Shown piece after piece: positions 1-11,251 of a DNA stretch of 64,000 nucleotides (within the stretch, counting starts at the first letter, position 1; every line of letters begins with the position of its first letter). Source of the stretch: an uncultured Planctomycetota bacterium (GTDB lineage: Bacteria > Planctomycetota > Planctomycetia > Isosphaerales > Isosphaeraceae); assembly GCA_963823665.1 (NCBI GenBank), contig CAWGMQ010000008.1, positions 1,152,001 through 1,216,000 of the forward strand, in the 5' to 3' direction. The position numbers and the translations under genes are program-made. The notes below the pieces were generated by a model. That model was given only the letters and a program-made list of their open reading frames with translations, was not told the DNA's origin and ran no database searches.

Positions 1-2
1 TT

Positions 3-1355
3 CTCCCGGAACAATCAGAAGATGGCGACTACCTCAAGGTGAGCTACCAGGGTCCCGAATCGCTGATCTCGCTCAAGACGCACGAAGTCCGCACGTTTTC
101 CAAGGTACGATTTCACATGATTCTTGGCGTACCCGGGCGGCGGACCGCCGTCACGAGCCCGAGCGTGGTGATCGGGGGGTCCGGCGGTTCGTTGTTTGAT
201 GTCACGCTGACCGATCTCGAGACCGGTCGCACGCGGGCTGTGCTGCACGATCAAGAGGTGCTCACCGGCGCCTTCACGCCGGACGGCAAGCGGCTCGCGA
301 CGCTCTCGCGGCAAACGCCGTACGCACTGAACGTATGGGACGTCGAGACCGGCAAGGCCGTGCGCTCGGTGCCGTTGCCTAACGCCCTCTACAGCCTCCG
401 CTCGAGCCTGGGCAGGTTTACCCAGCAGGGCACGAACGTCACCGATGTTCATTTCACACTGGATGGCAAGAAGCTCTCGCTCAATCTGAATGACCGGTTC
501 CGCGTGCTGGAAGTCGAGAGCGGCCGGATGGTCGCGATCGACCGGCCCGGCCACCGGGCCACGATCCGCGCGGTGGATTCCAGCAGCGACGGTGCACTCG
601 TCGTCTCGGCGGGCGACGATGCGTCTGTCTGCCTGTGGGATGGCGCCGACGGTCGCTTTCTCGCGATGCTCGAGGAAGAAAGCGAGCCGATCGCGGCGGT
701 GAGCTTCAGCTCGGGGGCGCGGCACCTCGCGGTGCGCACGCAAAGCGGTCGTGTGCGACTCTGGAAACTGGACCGAGCGGAGGCAAGCGGGCGAATCCGT
801 GTGAATGCAACGCCGGTGTGGAATACAACCTCGCTGGGCCCGGCCGCCGGCGCCCCGGCGACTTCGGGGCCGGTTTTTGTTGCCGAGGGAGGGCCGGTCG
901 CGTTTGGCGTCGCGGACGGAACGATCGCTCTACGCGACACGGCGGACGGGAGCGTCAAGCGTATGCTCAAACCCGAGTCTGGGCAGACTGGTGTGACGGC
1001 CCTGAGCTTGCAGCCTGGTGGGAGCCGCCTGGCCGGGGCAGACGCAAGCGGGGTCATACGCATCTGGGACCTATCCACGGAAACACCGCCCGCGCGACTT
1101 GCCACCGAGGGAGGCGAGATCCGAGCGCTCGCGTTCGGGGGGAATACGCTTGCCGTCGCGGGCCGGTACGTCGAGCTGTGGGATGTCGACGCAGGAGTAC
1201 CGATTGTGCGGCTGGAAGCCGACGTGCGCAAGGTTTCTTGCATTGATCTTTCCGCAGATGGTCGAACCCTGGCGTGGGGAGACGATCGGAAGCTCACTTG
1301 CCGGGATGTTCAGGAGCTGCGGCGACTGATGGGGGAGATTGAGCTGGGTTGGTAG
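3..1355 (+). CDS. WD40-repeat protein, C-terminal part (5' end outside window; possibly a kinase-WD40 fusion)
   Basis: Frame is open from base 3; repeated WD motifs (GHRATIRAVDSSSDG...VCLWD, VIRIWDL, VELWDV). Confidence 0.85.
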   Translation, partial: LPEQSEDGDYLKVSYQGPESLISLKTHEVRTFSKVRFHMILGVPGRRTAVTSPSVVIGGSGGSLFDVTLTDLETGRTRAVLHDQEVLTGAFTPDGKRLATLSRQTPYALNVWDVETGKAVRSVPLPNALYSLRSSLGRFTQQGTNVTDVHFTLDGKKLSLNLNDRFRVLEVESGRMVAIDRPGHRATIRAVDSSSDGALVVSAGDDASVCLWDGADGRFLAMLEEESEPIAAVSFSSGARHLAVRTQSGRVRLWKLDRAEASGRIRVNATPVWNTTSLGPAAGAPATSGPVFVAEGGPVAFGVADGTIALRDTADGSVKRMLKPESGQTGVTALSLQPGGSRLAGADASGVIRIWDLSTETPPARLATEGGEIRALAFGGNTLAVAGRYVELWDVDAGVPIVRLEADVRKVSCIDLSADGRTLAWGDDRKLTCRDVQELRRLMGEIELGW

Positions 1356-1472
1356 GGTGATCAACGAGAAGACAAGCGTCGGGATTTGAGGTTGGAGGTG
1401 GGCGGTCTGGGCAACGCGGGTGCGGACGAGAAGAGGACGTGTTTTCAGGGTGCCAAGGGCTGAAGCCCGTGG

Positions 1473-2123
1473 CTATTGACCTGGGCTCCGTTGGGGCCGA
1501 GCGGTTGTGAACGCATCGAGGAACGCATCTGGCGGCTGTGCGCCCGACAGCGTGAGCTCGTTGTTGATGATGAAGAAGGGAACGCCGCTGACTCGATGCC
1601 GCCGAGACAGGTCGTCGGCTTCCTTGATTGCGTTCATCCCTACCTGGCTGTTCAGCGTGGATTCGGCGAGTTGCCGATCCAGCCCTGCTTCAGCGATCAC
1701 GTCGATGAGTGTCTGGCGATTGCTGATGTCTCTGCCGTCGGTGAAATAGGCTTGGAAGAAGGAGTCAACGACGGCGTTTTGACAGCCAAGCTGGCCGGCA
1801 AGCCAGATAAGCCGGTGGGCATCCACGGTGTTCGGTGTTCGATCAATCCGGTCAAAGGCTAAGCGGATGCCTTCGGTTTCCCCGACCGCAACCACCTTCG
1901 CGTCAAGCTCCAGCGACCGCTCCCAACTGCCGAACTTTCTGATGCGATACTCCTTGCGGCTGATGCCTCCGATCGGCATCGTCGGATTGAGCTGGAATGG
2001 GTGCCAGCGAACTTGAATCTCGTGCTGGCCTTCAGAGGCGACGATCGCCTTCTCGAGCCGCTTCTTGCCGATGTAGCACCAAGGGCAGATGACGTCGGAG
2101 ATCACGTCGATCGTGAGATTCAT
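1473..2123 (-). CDS. DsbA-family (FrnE-like) dithiol-disulfide oxidoreductase
   Basis: MNLTIDVISDVICPWCYIGKKRL with CPWC motif; cis-Pro loop VSGVPFF; LSGAQP. Confidence 0.92.
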   Translation of the reverse strand: MNLTIDVISDVICPWCYIGKKRLEKAIVASEGQHEIQVRWHPFQLNPTMPIGGISRKEYRIRKFGSWERSLELDAKVVAVGETEGIRLAFDRIDRTPNTVDAHRLIWLAGQLGCQNAVVDSFFQAYFTDGRDISNRQTLIDVIAEAGLDRQLAESTLNSQVGMNAIKEADDLSRRHRVSGVPFFIINNELTLSGAQPPDAFLDAFTTARPQRSPGQ

Positions 2124-2163
2124 GACGACTTTCGTCTCGAAATAGTCTCTACTCCGCTTCAAT

Positions 2164-3573
2164 TTACAAGATGGCGTGGATGACTTCGCCCCGGCTGATC
2201 GGGTGGGGTCGGCCGAGCGGGTCGTTGACCTCAGTTTGCGGGGCATATCCCAGGCAGTGAAAGATGGTCGCCGACAAGTCCTCGGGGCGGACTCGTCCCT
2301 CGGCGGGGTATGCTCCAATCCGGTCTGACGAGCCGTAGACCTGGCCGCCTCTGACACCGCCTCCGGCCAGAGAGACCGAGAATACCGAGCCCCAGTGGCC
2401 GCGACCGTTACCCTCCAGGCGAGGGGTGCGACCGAACTCGGCCATGCACACGACCAGCGTCTCCTCCAGTAGTCCACGGCGGTCCAAGTCCTCAAGCAAT
2501 GCCGAGTAGGCCTGATCCGTGGGGGGTACGAGCACCTCCTTGAGCCGTGATGATTCCTTGGTGTGGCTATCCCAGCAGGGGTTGGCCGGGGGCTCGTCGG
2601 GGCCTCGATACCAGTTCACTTGCACCAGCCGGACGCCGGCCTCCACCAGACGGCGCGCCAGGAGCACACCTCGGCCGAACGGGGATGCTCCGTAGCGATC
2701 CCGGTTCAGCAGGGGCTCTTCCTCCAGGCGGAATGCCTGGCGGGCCTGGCCGGAGCCGAGGAGATCGAACGCTCGACGTGCCTGCTCATCAAACGGCCCG
2801 GTCGACACCCTGAAATCGAGGGTCTCGAGCCCGCGCTGGATTCGCCCCAGAAGGCTTTTCCGCCGGTCCAAGCGACTCGGGTCAATGTTGTCAGGTAGGT
2901 CGATCTCCTGGATCGTGTATCCGGCAGCGTTCAGTTTGGCGGTCAAGAGCCAGGGGTCGGATGTTCGCCCCAGGAACCCTGCATCCTGGCCCGGCCAGAC
3001 ACTCCCATCGGTGTTGAAGATTCGGTGTGGGAGGGTGATGGAAGGTGGCAACCCGCCGCGGGCCTTGCTGATCCCGCGGAGCAGTCCGCCGATGCTGGGC
3101 GCGTCGTTCGGTGCCCCCGGATTGGCATTCTCGAAGTTCATGGGCTGGTGGGGCCGCCCCGTGAGCATATAATAGCCGCTGGAAGAGTGGGCGTTGTCAC
3201 TCGTTGAGACAGCTCGAAGAATGCAGAGCTTGCTGGCAACCAAAGCGGTATGAGGCAACAACTCGGAGATCGACAAGCCGGGCACCGTCGTGGCGATGGG
3301 GCGGAAATCACCTCGGACTTCGGCGGGAGCGTCTGGCTTGGGGTCCCAGGTCGAGTGCTGGCTCGGGCCGCCCATCAAGAACAAGAGGATGCAGGATTTC
3401 GCCCGGCCGAATGTGGAGATGCCTGTCGTTGGTCCAGTTGCCGTGGCTTCCGTCCTTAGCAGGTCGGAAAGGTTCAAACCCGCGCCGAGGAGACCCACGC
3501 CGCCGATGCGCATCACCTCACGTCGGTTCCATCCATCGCAGAGACGTGCGCCGGGGCCGAACAGACTGAGCAT
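2164..3573 (-). CDS. DUF1501 family protein
   Basis: Tat-like RREVMRIGG; GGPSQHSTWDPKP, WDSH, EFGRTP, GRGHW motifs. Confidence 0.92.
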   Translation of the reverse strand: MLSLFGPGARLCDGWNRREVMRIGGVGLLGAGLNLSDLLRTEATATGPTTGISTFGRAKSCILLFLMGGPSQHSTWDPKPDAPAEVRGDFRPIATTVPGLSISELLPHTALVASKLCILRAVSTSDNAHSSSGYYMLTGRPHQPMNFENANPGAPNDAPSIGGLLRGISKARGGLPPSITLPHRIFNTDGSVWPGQDAGFLGRTSDPWLLTAKLNAAGYTIQEIDLPDNIDPSRLDRRKSLLGRIQRGLETLDFRVSTGPFDEQARRAFDLLGSGQARQAFRLEEEPLLNRDRYGASPFGRGVLLARRLVEAGVRLVQVNWYRGPDEPPANPCWDSHTKESSRLKEVLVPPTDQAYSALLEDLDRRGLLEETLVVCMAEFGRTPRLEGNGRGHWGSVFSVSLAGGGVRGGQVYGSSDRIGAYPAEGRVRPEDLSATIFHCLGYAPQTEVNDPLGRPHPISRGEVIHAIL

Positions 3574-3677
3574 CAGAGCCCCGGTTAGAGAAGGGTCCGA
3601 GGGATGTAAAATAGTTGTTGAACAAAGCTGACTTTAACGAGATTCAGGGCTCACCACAAGGCTTTGAGGATTCACGT

Positions 3678-4424
3678 TTATACCGCAAGATCGTCCACGG
3701 ACTTGCCACGCCTCCGTCTTGGGAGCCCTTGGCACTGCTCGACCATTCGATTTACCCAAAGCAGTTTTTGCTTCTGCAACGAAGGCAATGGATGAAGGAA
3801 CTTGTTCGTCGTCCCTTCTTTCAGCAGCCCCCTGATCGTCTTGTTCCTGGCGATTTTCGATATACAGCGTTCAATCAGTGGGTCTAGCTTCGGGCTCACT
3901 CCCCAGGCACGAATCACGGGAATGGTCTTGTGCGTGGTGAGTTTCAGAGCCAGTTCATGCTGTCGTCGAGATGAAAAAACAGAATGCGAATCGAACGGGA
4001 CTTCTTCCTCTAGTTGCTTGAACTGCTTGAAGAATACGCCGCTCAGGGAGCATCGCAAGTCTGATAGGTTCAGAACTCTGACATGATGCCATTCGCAGCA
4101 GTGCATAACTCGCATCACTTGATATTGAGTCGTATCGGGTTTCGTCGGAACCAACGAGATAATCAATTCATGGATTGCCTCGCCACGGATGTGGTTGGTT
4201 ACGTCGATTAGCGGTCGGGATGAGCCGGGATTCATCATGACGAATACAGCATCGGGCTTTCTGCTGGAAAGCACCGAAATTCTCTCTGGAGCATGGGGTT
4301 TCTCGACGATTTCCAGAACGCTTCTGCAATGAACAACTTTGTTTCGTGCGACTTCGACCGAGTAGAAGTGGCCGAATACACCATACTTGTCTTTCAATTC
4401 GTGTGCTGGAATGAACCGAACCAT
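3678..4424 (-). CDS. DUF1643-like hypothetical protein
   Basis: AVFVMMNPGSS, NLSDLR, AWG and HPL motifs; visibly AT-richer than flanks. Confidence 0.7.
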   Translation of the reverse strand: MVRFIPAHELKDKYGVFGHFYSVEVARNKVVHCRSVLEIVEKPHAPERISVLSSRKPDAVFVMMNPGSSRPLIDVTNHIRGEAIHELIISLVPTKPDTTQYQVMRVMHCCEWHHVRVLNLSDLRCSLSGVFFKQFKQLEEEVPFDSHSVFSSRRQHELALKLTTHKTIPVIRAWGVSPKLDPLIERCISKIARNKTIRGLLKEGTTNKFLHPLPSLQKQKLLWVNRMVEQCQGLPRRRRGKSVDDLAV

Positions 4425-4653
4425 CGGTTGCCCCTTGGCGTTTTGCCTTCTCGTCGATCCCGCTGAACCAAAGACGCCAGATCGAACATCTGCGGCCTGA
4501 AGAGCGAACTACCATTCGGCGACCTTTGTGGCCGTGCGGCAGGGCAGTGGTCCGAACGACTATCATAACGCGGAAGCCGACCCCTAGCGGCGTTGATCAG
4601 CTTTCCCGGATCGTCTAACCTCGATGACGGTTCTTAGGAGGAGCGAGGCCCGC

Positions 4654-5550
4654 ATGCCAGGCGACGAGGTTGAACAAGAGGAAACGACTCCCCCACCGAC
4701 TGAGATCGAGGCAGTCGGCGGCGCCACCAAGCCGATTTCGAGACGACGGCGACTGCTCGTCCGGGCGCTCATTGTTGTAGTTGCCCTTGTCGTCGCCTGG
4801 CTGCTACTGGCTTACTTGATACTCCCGGCGCTCTGGCGGCATTACGAGCACCATCCCGCCCTTGAGAACGTCCCTAAAACGACCTTGACGGCTCAAGGTA
4901 TTCCCGGCGATCCGCTCAACGTTGGTCTGATCGGGACTGAAGCGGAGTTGATCCATGCGATTCACGGCGCCGGCTGGGACGACGCGGATCCGGTTACAGT
5001 GAGGTCGAGCATCCGGATCGCCGGCAGCGTGCTTCGAGACCGACCCTACGTCGGTGCGCCTGTGAGCAGGCTGTTCTTGTTCGGACGCAAGCAAGACCTC
5101 GCCTTCGAGAAGCCGGCCGGCAAGAGCGCGAGTCATCGCCACCACGTCCGGTTCTGGAAGTCCACGGAGTACGGACGGGGGGGCGTGCCCCTGTGGATCG
5201 GCGCGGTCACGTATGACCGGAGCGTCGGCTTGAGCCACCGCACGGGCCAGATCACCCATCACATCGCGGCGGACATCGACTCCGAGCGGGACGGGCTCGT
5301 CGCCGACCTGGTGAAGAACGGTTGGCTGACGGTGGAGTTTCAGGTCACCGGCGTCGGGGCAACGCTCCTGGGTCGAAACGGTGGCGGTGATCGGTACTAC
5401 ACGGACGGAGAACTGACCATCGGCGTGCTCGCCAAGAATCAGACTCGGGACACAATGCCGAACCGGCTGGAGAACCCCGCCCCGATCCAGATCAAGGAAC
5501 AGTTGTGGTCAGCGATCCGCCAGCTTATGCAATCGCTGCCGGGGCAATGA
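4654..5550 (+). CDS. LssY C-terminal domain membrane protein
   Basis: N-terminal TM helix; GDPLNVGLIG, LFGRKQDLAFEK, RHHVRFW, THHIAADIDSERD, YYTDG; start could be 4624. Confidence 0.85.
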   Translation: MPGDEVEQEETTPPPTEIEAVGGATKPISRRRRLLVRALIVVVALVVAWLLLAYLILPALWRHYEHHPALENVPKTTLTAQGIPGDPLNVGLIGTEAELIHAIHGAGWDDADPVTVRSSIRIAGSVLRDRPYVGAPVSRLFLFGRKQDLAFEKPAGKSASHRHHVRFWKSTEYGRGGVPLWIGAVTYDRSVGLSHRTGQITHHIAADIDSERDGLVADLVKNGWLTVEFQVTGVGATLLGRNGGGDRYYTDGELTIGVLAKNQTRDTMPNRLENPAPIQIKEQLWSAIRQLMQSLPGQ

Positions 5551-5646
5551 CTCACGGTGGATAATGAGGTGAGCCACCAGGCCCACGGAGCACTTGGATA
5601 CGAGGAAACCGCTCGCCTCGTCCTCTTCAAGAAGAACCTGGACTGA
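5551..5646 (+). pseudogene. 3' shard of a GNAT acetyltransferase resembling AAC(6')-I
   Basis: Translates DNEVSHQAHGALGYEETARLVLFKKNLD*; rest of gene absent. Confidence 0.55.
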
Positions 5647-6035
5647 ATGATTCCAGAGCATTGTGATCCTACCGGCGTGGATGCCGGTACGGCGGACGGG
5701 ACTTGAGCGGTTTCACCACGGCGGCCTGGGCGGGCGGCAACGCGATGCGGAAACCGCTTGAGCTAGCCAGGGAGAACAGGTCCGTCGGGCGAAGCGCGAT
5801 CGACTGTTCTGCTCGGCCGCGCACCAGTCGCGAGAGCGGGCCCGCGGGGAGCTTCGCAACTGGCTTGCTCTGGAATTCCCGCCGAGGATGAGACGTCCGA
5901 AGTTCGTCATTGCGGGCGTGCTCGGCTCGGGCAGCCCGGCGAGAGGGTCGGGCATCACGGCCGCCCTGGTCACCGGTGCGGGGCCTGGCGCCCGAGCCGA
6001 TGGCAGCGGAGCAACGCCGGGCGACGCGGCACCGG

Positions 6036-6659
6036 TCAACCTTCGGGACAACCAAATCGGATCGCGGCCCGCTGCAAGAACTGCATCCGGATCTTCTCCC
6101 AGATTCTTCGGACCATGTACTTCGACCAGGGCTCGCCGGTCTTGGCGGCGAGCTCGTCGGCAATGGTCTGCTCCGTGTCTCCATCGAGCTTGCCGCGCAA
6201 GACGAGACATTCCACGTCGTCGTGCGGGACTTCGTTCAGAAGTTGCAGGACCTCGAGCGCCTCGGCCTGAGATTCCTCCGCGGCGAGCAAATCCAGAGCC
6301 TGGCCCTGTGAGTCATCCGGGGCTTCCAGGTCCAGGGCGATCCGCTCCCGCGCCCTTGACTCAACCAGGGCCTTGCGGCTCCTGTCCACGTACTTGCGGT
6401 AGGCAACCGTGACGAGCAAGTCCTCGAAGTCTTTCCAGGTCTTCAATTCCTGGAGCTGTTTTTCCTTGAGGCGACGGTAGACCGTGCGCACGGCGGACGA
6501 GGCCGCGTCTTCCGGCGTGTACCAGCGGATGCGCTCGCCGAACTTACGCCTGGCGGCCTGGACCACGTTGGGTAGGATCTTCTCATAAACTCGCGCAAAC
6601 ATTTGTTCGTCGCTAGCGTTCAGCGTGCCTTTCAGGTCTTCAAACAGGCCGTCCGACAT
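6036..6659 (-). CDS. Atypical ECF-type sigma factor, divergent from kinase gene
   Basis: YTPEDAASSAVRTVY region 2-like segment; C-terminal HTH GDTEQTIADELA...VRRIW. Confidence 0.7.
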   Translation of the reverse strand: MSDGLFEDLKGTLNASDEQMFARVYEKILPNVVQAARRKFGERIRWYTPEDAASSAVRTVYRRLKEKQLQELKTWKDFEDLLVTVAYRKYVDRSRKALVESRARERIALDLEAPDDSQGQALDLLAAEESQAEALEVLQLLNEVPHDDVECLVLRGKLDGDTEQTIADELAAKTGEPWSKYMVRRIWEKIRMQFLQRAAIRFGCPEG

Positions 6660-6824
6660 CGCTCTCACCCCGGCGATCTCGATTTCCAGTCCGAGTCTCT
6701 TGTGGCCCTCTATCTCATTGCTTTTCCGATTACTTTCATAACAAGATCGTGTAAGCCGACCCAGCGGTGCGCGAAATCGGTTTCCGATGGACATGAATCC
6801 ACTGGCATCCTCTGGAGAGAACCG

Positions 6825-9800
6825 ATGAGGTCCTTACCCGGCGAGCTGGAATTGAGTGATGGCCGCGACGAGGACGCGGCATGGGCGCTCGCCCTGCGGT
6901 TTCAGAAAGAATGGAACCCACGACTCGTGCTCGATGAATATCTCGACGAACTTCCGCCCGGGAGCGAAGCTCGCAGGATTGCGGTGGTCCATTTATGCCA
7001 GATCGATCTGGAATTGCGGTGGAACCAGGGCCAGAAGCCGCGGGCCGACGAGTACTTCGGACGCCTAACTCGCGAGCGGGGCGACGACCGGGTCGCGACC
7101 ATGGAGCTGATCCAGTCGGAGTACCAGCACCGCCGCGAACATTTCCAGAGGGAGTGCCTGCGGGTCCTGGATGAGCGCGAAGTGCTTCGGAAAGAGAGCG
7201 CCCGGTTGTTGATCGAATCGTTTTGCCAGGGGTATCCGGTTTATGGCGAAGAACTGGCCGTGCAATTAAAGCGCACTTTCCCGATACCGCCCCTGGCAGA
7301 GCCGACCGAGCGGTTCCAGGTCTTGCGGGAATATGAAAGCGGCGGGCTCGGGGTCATCTCTCTGGCTCGCGATCAAGAGCTGCACCGTGATGTCGCGCTC
7401 AAGAGAATCAAGGACCAGAACTGCGACGATCCCGAGAGTCGGAGGCGATTCCTCCTCGAAGCGGAAACTACGGGAAACCTCGAGCATCCGGGGATCGTGC
7501 CGGTCTATGGTCTAGGCTACGATCGGGATGGCAGCCCGTTTTACGCCATGCGATTCATCCAGGGCACGCGCCTCAAGGACGAGATCACACGGTTCCACGA
7601 GGCAACCGGCAGAGCGGACCGCGGTCCTGGTGAGCGCACGCTCGAGCTGCATAAACTGCTCCGCCGGATTCTGGACGTCTGCAATACGGTGTCGTACGCG
7701 CACAGCCGAGGTCTCGTGCACCGCGACTTGAAGCCGGGCAACATCATGTTGGGCCTTTACGGGGAGACGCTCGTCCTCGACTGGGGCCTGGTCAAAGTGA
7801 TCGGGCGTCAAGATTCCCCGAGCACTGGGAAGAAGAACTCGCTTTCGGGCTTGCACTCGTCCGATTCCGACGGGACGTTGATCGGGACGGTGCTCGGCAC
7901 CGTTGTGAACATGAGCCCCGAGCAAGCCACGGGCGACCTCGAGGCAATCGGCCCCGCCAGCGACGTCTACAGCCTGGGCACGATCCTCTACTGCCTGCTC
8001 ACAGGCCGCGAGCCATTCGAGGGGAAGTCAGAGGAAATACTCGAGAAGGTGAAGCGTGGCGATTACCCACCGCCTCGTGAAATTGACCGCAGTGTGCCGC
8101 CGGCGCTGGCCGCTATTTGCAAGCGCGCGATGGCGCTAAGACCTGATGATCGCTATGAAAGCGTGCGCACTCTGGCAGAAGACATTGAACATTGGCTTGC
8201 CGACGAGCCGGTCTCGGCCTGGCACGAACCGTTGAAAGCCCAGGCGCGGCGATGGGCGCGGCGTAATCGCGCTGCCGCCACAGGAGTAGCCGCGGCAGCG
8301 ATTGCGGGGGTGATGGGGCTCTTCACCGTGCTGGCCGTGCAGACCCGGGCGTACACGGAGCTCATGCAGGCCAACCTGAACCTCAAGCTGGCCAACCACC
8401 AGGTCCAATCCGCCCGCGATCGCGCCGAAAACCACCTCGAGCTGGCGCTGCGGGCCATTGAACACTTCCATCGGTCGGTGAGCCAAAACCTCGACGTCCA
8501 GAACCGCCCGGACCTGCAATCCCTGCGGCGTGAGTTGCTGGAGGCGCCGCTGAAGTTTTACGCCGAGCTGAAAAGCGACCTCTCCGCGAATGCCGATGAT
8601 CGACCCGAACCGGCGCTCCAGTACGCCCAGGCCATCATGGGCCTCGCGGCGATCACCGCCTTAGTCGGATCGGAGCCCGACGCCGTCGCGGCGTATCAAG
8701 ATGCGATTGGAGTCCTCGAGCGACTTTCAGGTTCAGGCCAACAGCCGACCGTGGACCGGGCCCGGCGGATCATGGCACTTGCGTATATGAATCTGGCGGT
8801 ACTCGAGGGGGCGGCGAGCAAGACCGCTCGGGCGTTGGCTAGCAGCGAGCGGTCGCGCGACCTCTATCGGAGATTGGTCGCGGACCATCCTGCCGATCAA
8901 GCTTATCAGTTCGGGCTGGCGCAAGTCGAAAACATTTGTGGTCAGAACCTACGCGATGAACGACGAAATGATGAGGCTCTTGCAACCTACACGCAGGCCC
9001 GGGATCGTGTTCGGGCGCTGGTGGCCGCGCATCCGGCGACGAACGAGTATCGCTCTTTGCTTGCCCTGGTTTTGACCAAACTGGGCGTGCTCGCTCGCGC
9101 GAAAGACCAGATCGCGGAAGCCAAGCAAAGCTACGAGGAAGCCATTACTCTTTTCGAGGTTCTGATCCGCGATCAGCCGGAAAACGTCAAGCATCGTCGC
9201 GGGCTGGCGAGCGTGTCGTACAATCTGGGAACCCTGTACGGAATCAATCTGCCCGGGCCTTCCAAGGCGAAGCATTACCTGGAAAAGGCTCGAGATTTAC
9301 AACAGGCACTGGTCACGGAGCACTCGTCCGTCGGCGAGTATCAGGCCGACCTGGCCAAGACGTTCGGCCAGATCGGCGCCGTGTTCAGGTATCACGTGCC
9401 GCCGGAGGTGTCGCTGGCGAGCTTCGAGCGCGCGAGAGAATTGCTCGAGGGGCTGGCGCGTGAGCACCCCACGGTTACCCGATACCGTAGCGACCTCGCC
9501 ATGACGCAGTACAACATCGGCGAACGGCAGCTTGTCGCCAAGCGCCCTGCAGAGGCCTTGATGAGCTTCGACCGGGCCCTCACACTCTCTGAGCCATTGA
9601 TCCTTGAGTCTCCGAAAAATGTACTCCTGAAGCAACAATTGTTCGAAGTTCTCAAGGATCGCGGTTCCGCCCTGGCTGCGCTCAAACGGTTTCAGGAATC
9701 GGCGGAAGCCTACGAGCGGGCGATCTCGGTCGCACGCGAGGCATACGACGGTTCCGCCAGCAACTTATTCCGACGAGAGGTCGGGGGGAAACGATCACTG

Positions 9801-10183
9801 CGCATGAAGAGCTCATCAAGATATGGCGCGCGCTCGATCAGCCGGAGAAGGCGCTGCAAGTGATGTGTTCGGCTTGCAAGTTCATCGAGAATTTCCCCTC
9901 TCTCGAACCGAAGGACTGGCTATCGCTCGCGGCCCTCTACTCCCAGGCAAGCGGCGAGATCGGCCGGCGAAGCTTTATCCCATCGGCCGCCGACGCGGCA
10001 AGACAAGAGGCTTATGCCGGCGGCGCGATCGCGGCGTTGCGCCGCTTCGTGGCGACCGGCTACGCAACCTTCGATCGATTGCGCAACAACCCGGCCTTCG
10101 ACCCCCTCCGCGGCCGCGCCGATTTTCAGGGTTTGATGATGGACCTCGCCATGCCCGTCGAACCGTTTGGTTCAAATCGGTGA
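6825..10183 (+). CDS. Ser/Thr protein kinase with TM helix and TPR-like repeats (one frameshift near 9783-9788)
   Basis: GGLGVI, VALK, HRDLKPGN, DWGL, MSPEQ; continues after a G6 run into ETITAHEELIK...PAFDPLRGRADFQ. Confidence 0.9.
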
Positions 10184-10353
10184 GGTCCAGGTCGAAAGGT
10201 TGTTGCGGGAAGATACGCCAACGGTTTTTGGTTCGCTGTACAGGGGCGTTGCGGTAAGCTGAAGACGACGAGGCTCTGAAGGTGTTCTGGAGCGCACGAC
10301 CGACTTCCCAGATACAAGCCTGGCAACCACCAAGAATCAGGAGGCTCGGTACC

Positions 10354-11031
10354 ATGCCTTCACCGGAGGAGAGAAGTGCGACCACCGTTGTGATGGAGAT
10401 GGAGCCCGGCCGGATCTATGTGAAGATCGCCGAGCCCAAGCCCGAACCAGACCGGATCGAAATGTTGCTCCGTCTGACCATCGAGCAATGGTTTAACGCC
10501 CATCCACAATTCGTGATCGACAAGGCAGAAGCGGTCACCGATCACGGCGTAATGCAGGGAATTCATGTCTGGTATCACGTCAACGATCGCCAGCCTGAGC
10601 CAGTGAATCCTGAACCTCCACAGCAGGTGATTTCGCTTGCTGTTGAAGTGCATATCCAGGTTTTCCGGCAGCTCCCGATGGAACACATCGAGGCAGTCGT
10701 TGACGAAGCGGTCGAGATCTGGCGTTCACATCAGGATGGGCATGGCACGATGGTCGTGATCAGCCCTCGCCGAATCGCCGTCGTCCTCGACAAACAGGCA
10801 AACCGTGGAGCTGTGGTCCCAGTCGAATTGATCTATCCTGCCATTCTGGATGCGACGAAATCGAGCGTTCAATCGTGGCTGGAGGCACCGCCCAATCGGT
10901 TTCTCGTGGTCCAGATAGCTGGAAGCTGGTTCGTGTTCCACAAGAGCGAAACACAGAAGAGCAAGGTCGTCGATCCGCCCTTCCTGCGCTCCAACATGAG
11001 TTACGACACCGGACCACGACCTACAGAATGA
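10354..11031 (+). CDS. Hypothetical protein
   Basis: Long ORF with protein-like composition; no recognised motif. Confidence 0.6.
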   Translation: MPSPEERSATTVVMEMEPGRIYVKIAEPKPEPDRIEMLLRLTIEQWFNAHPQFVIDKAEAVTDHGVMQGIHVWYHVNDRQPEPVNPEPPQQVISLAVEVHIQVFRQLPMEHIEAVVDEAVEIWRSHQDGHGTMVVISPRRIAVVLDKQANRGAVVPVELIYPAILDATKSSVQSWLEAPPNRFLVVQIAGSWFVFHKSETQKSKVVDPPFLRSNMSYDTGPRPTE

Positions 11032-11251
11032 TTTACCCATCGAGGTCTGGATGCTTGTGGTTGCCCATCAAATTGACGCCGATGGTGGTGATCCTCGTCG
11101 ATCCCGCTGGACCGGAGGATCTGGACGATCCAGAAGTCCTTCACCTTGACGAAAGCTGAGCAGTCCGGATCGGCTCTCGTGTGATGTGGCTGGGAAATCT
11201 CCAGGGTTCGGTCAAAGATCGAGAATACGTCCATGCCGGAGGGGGAGAGCC

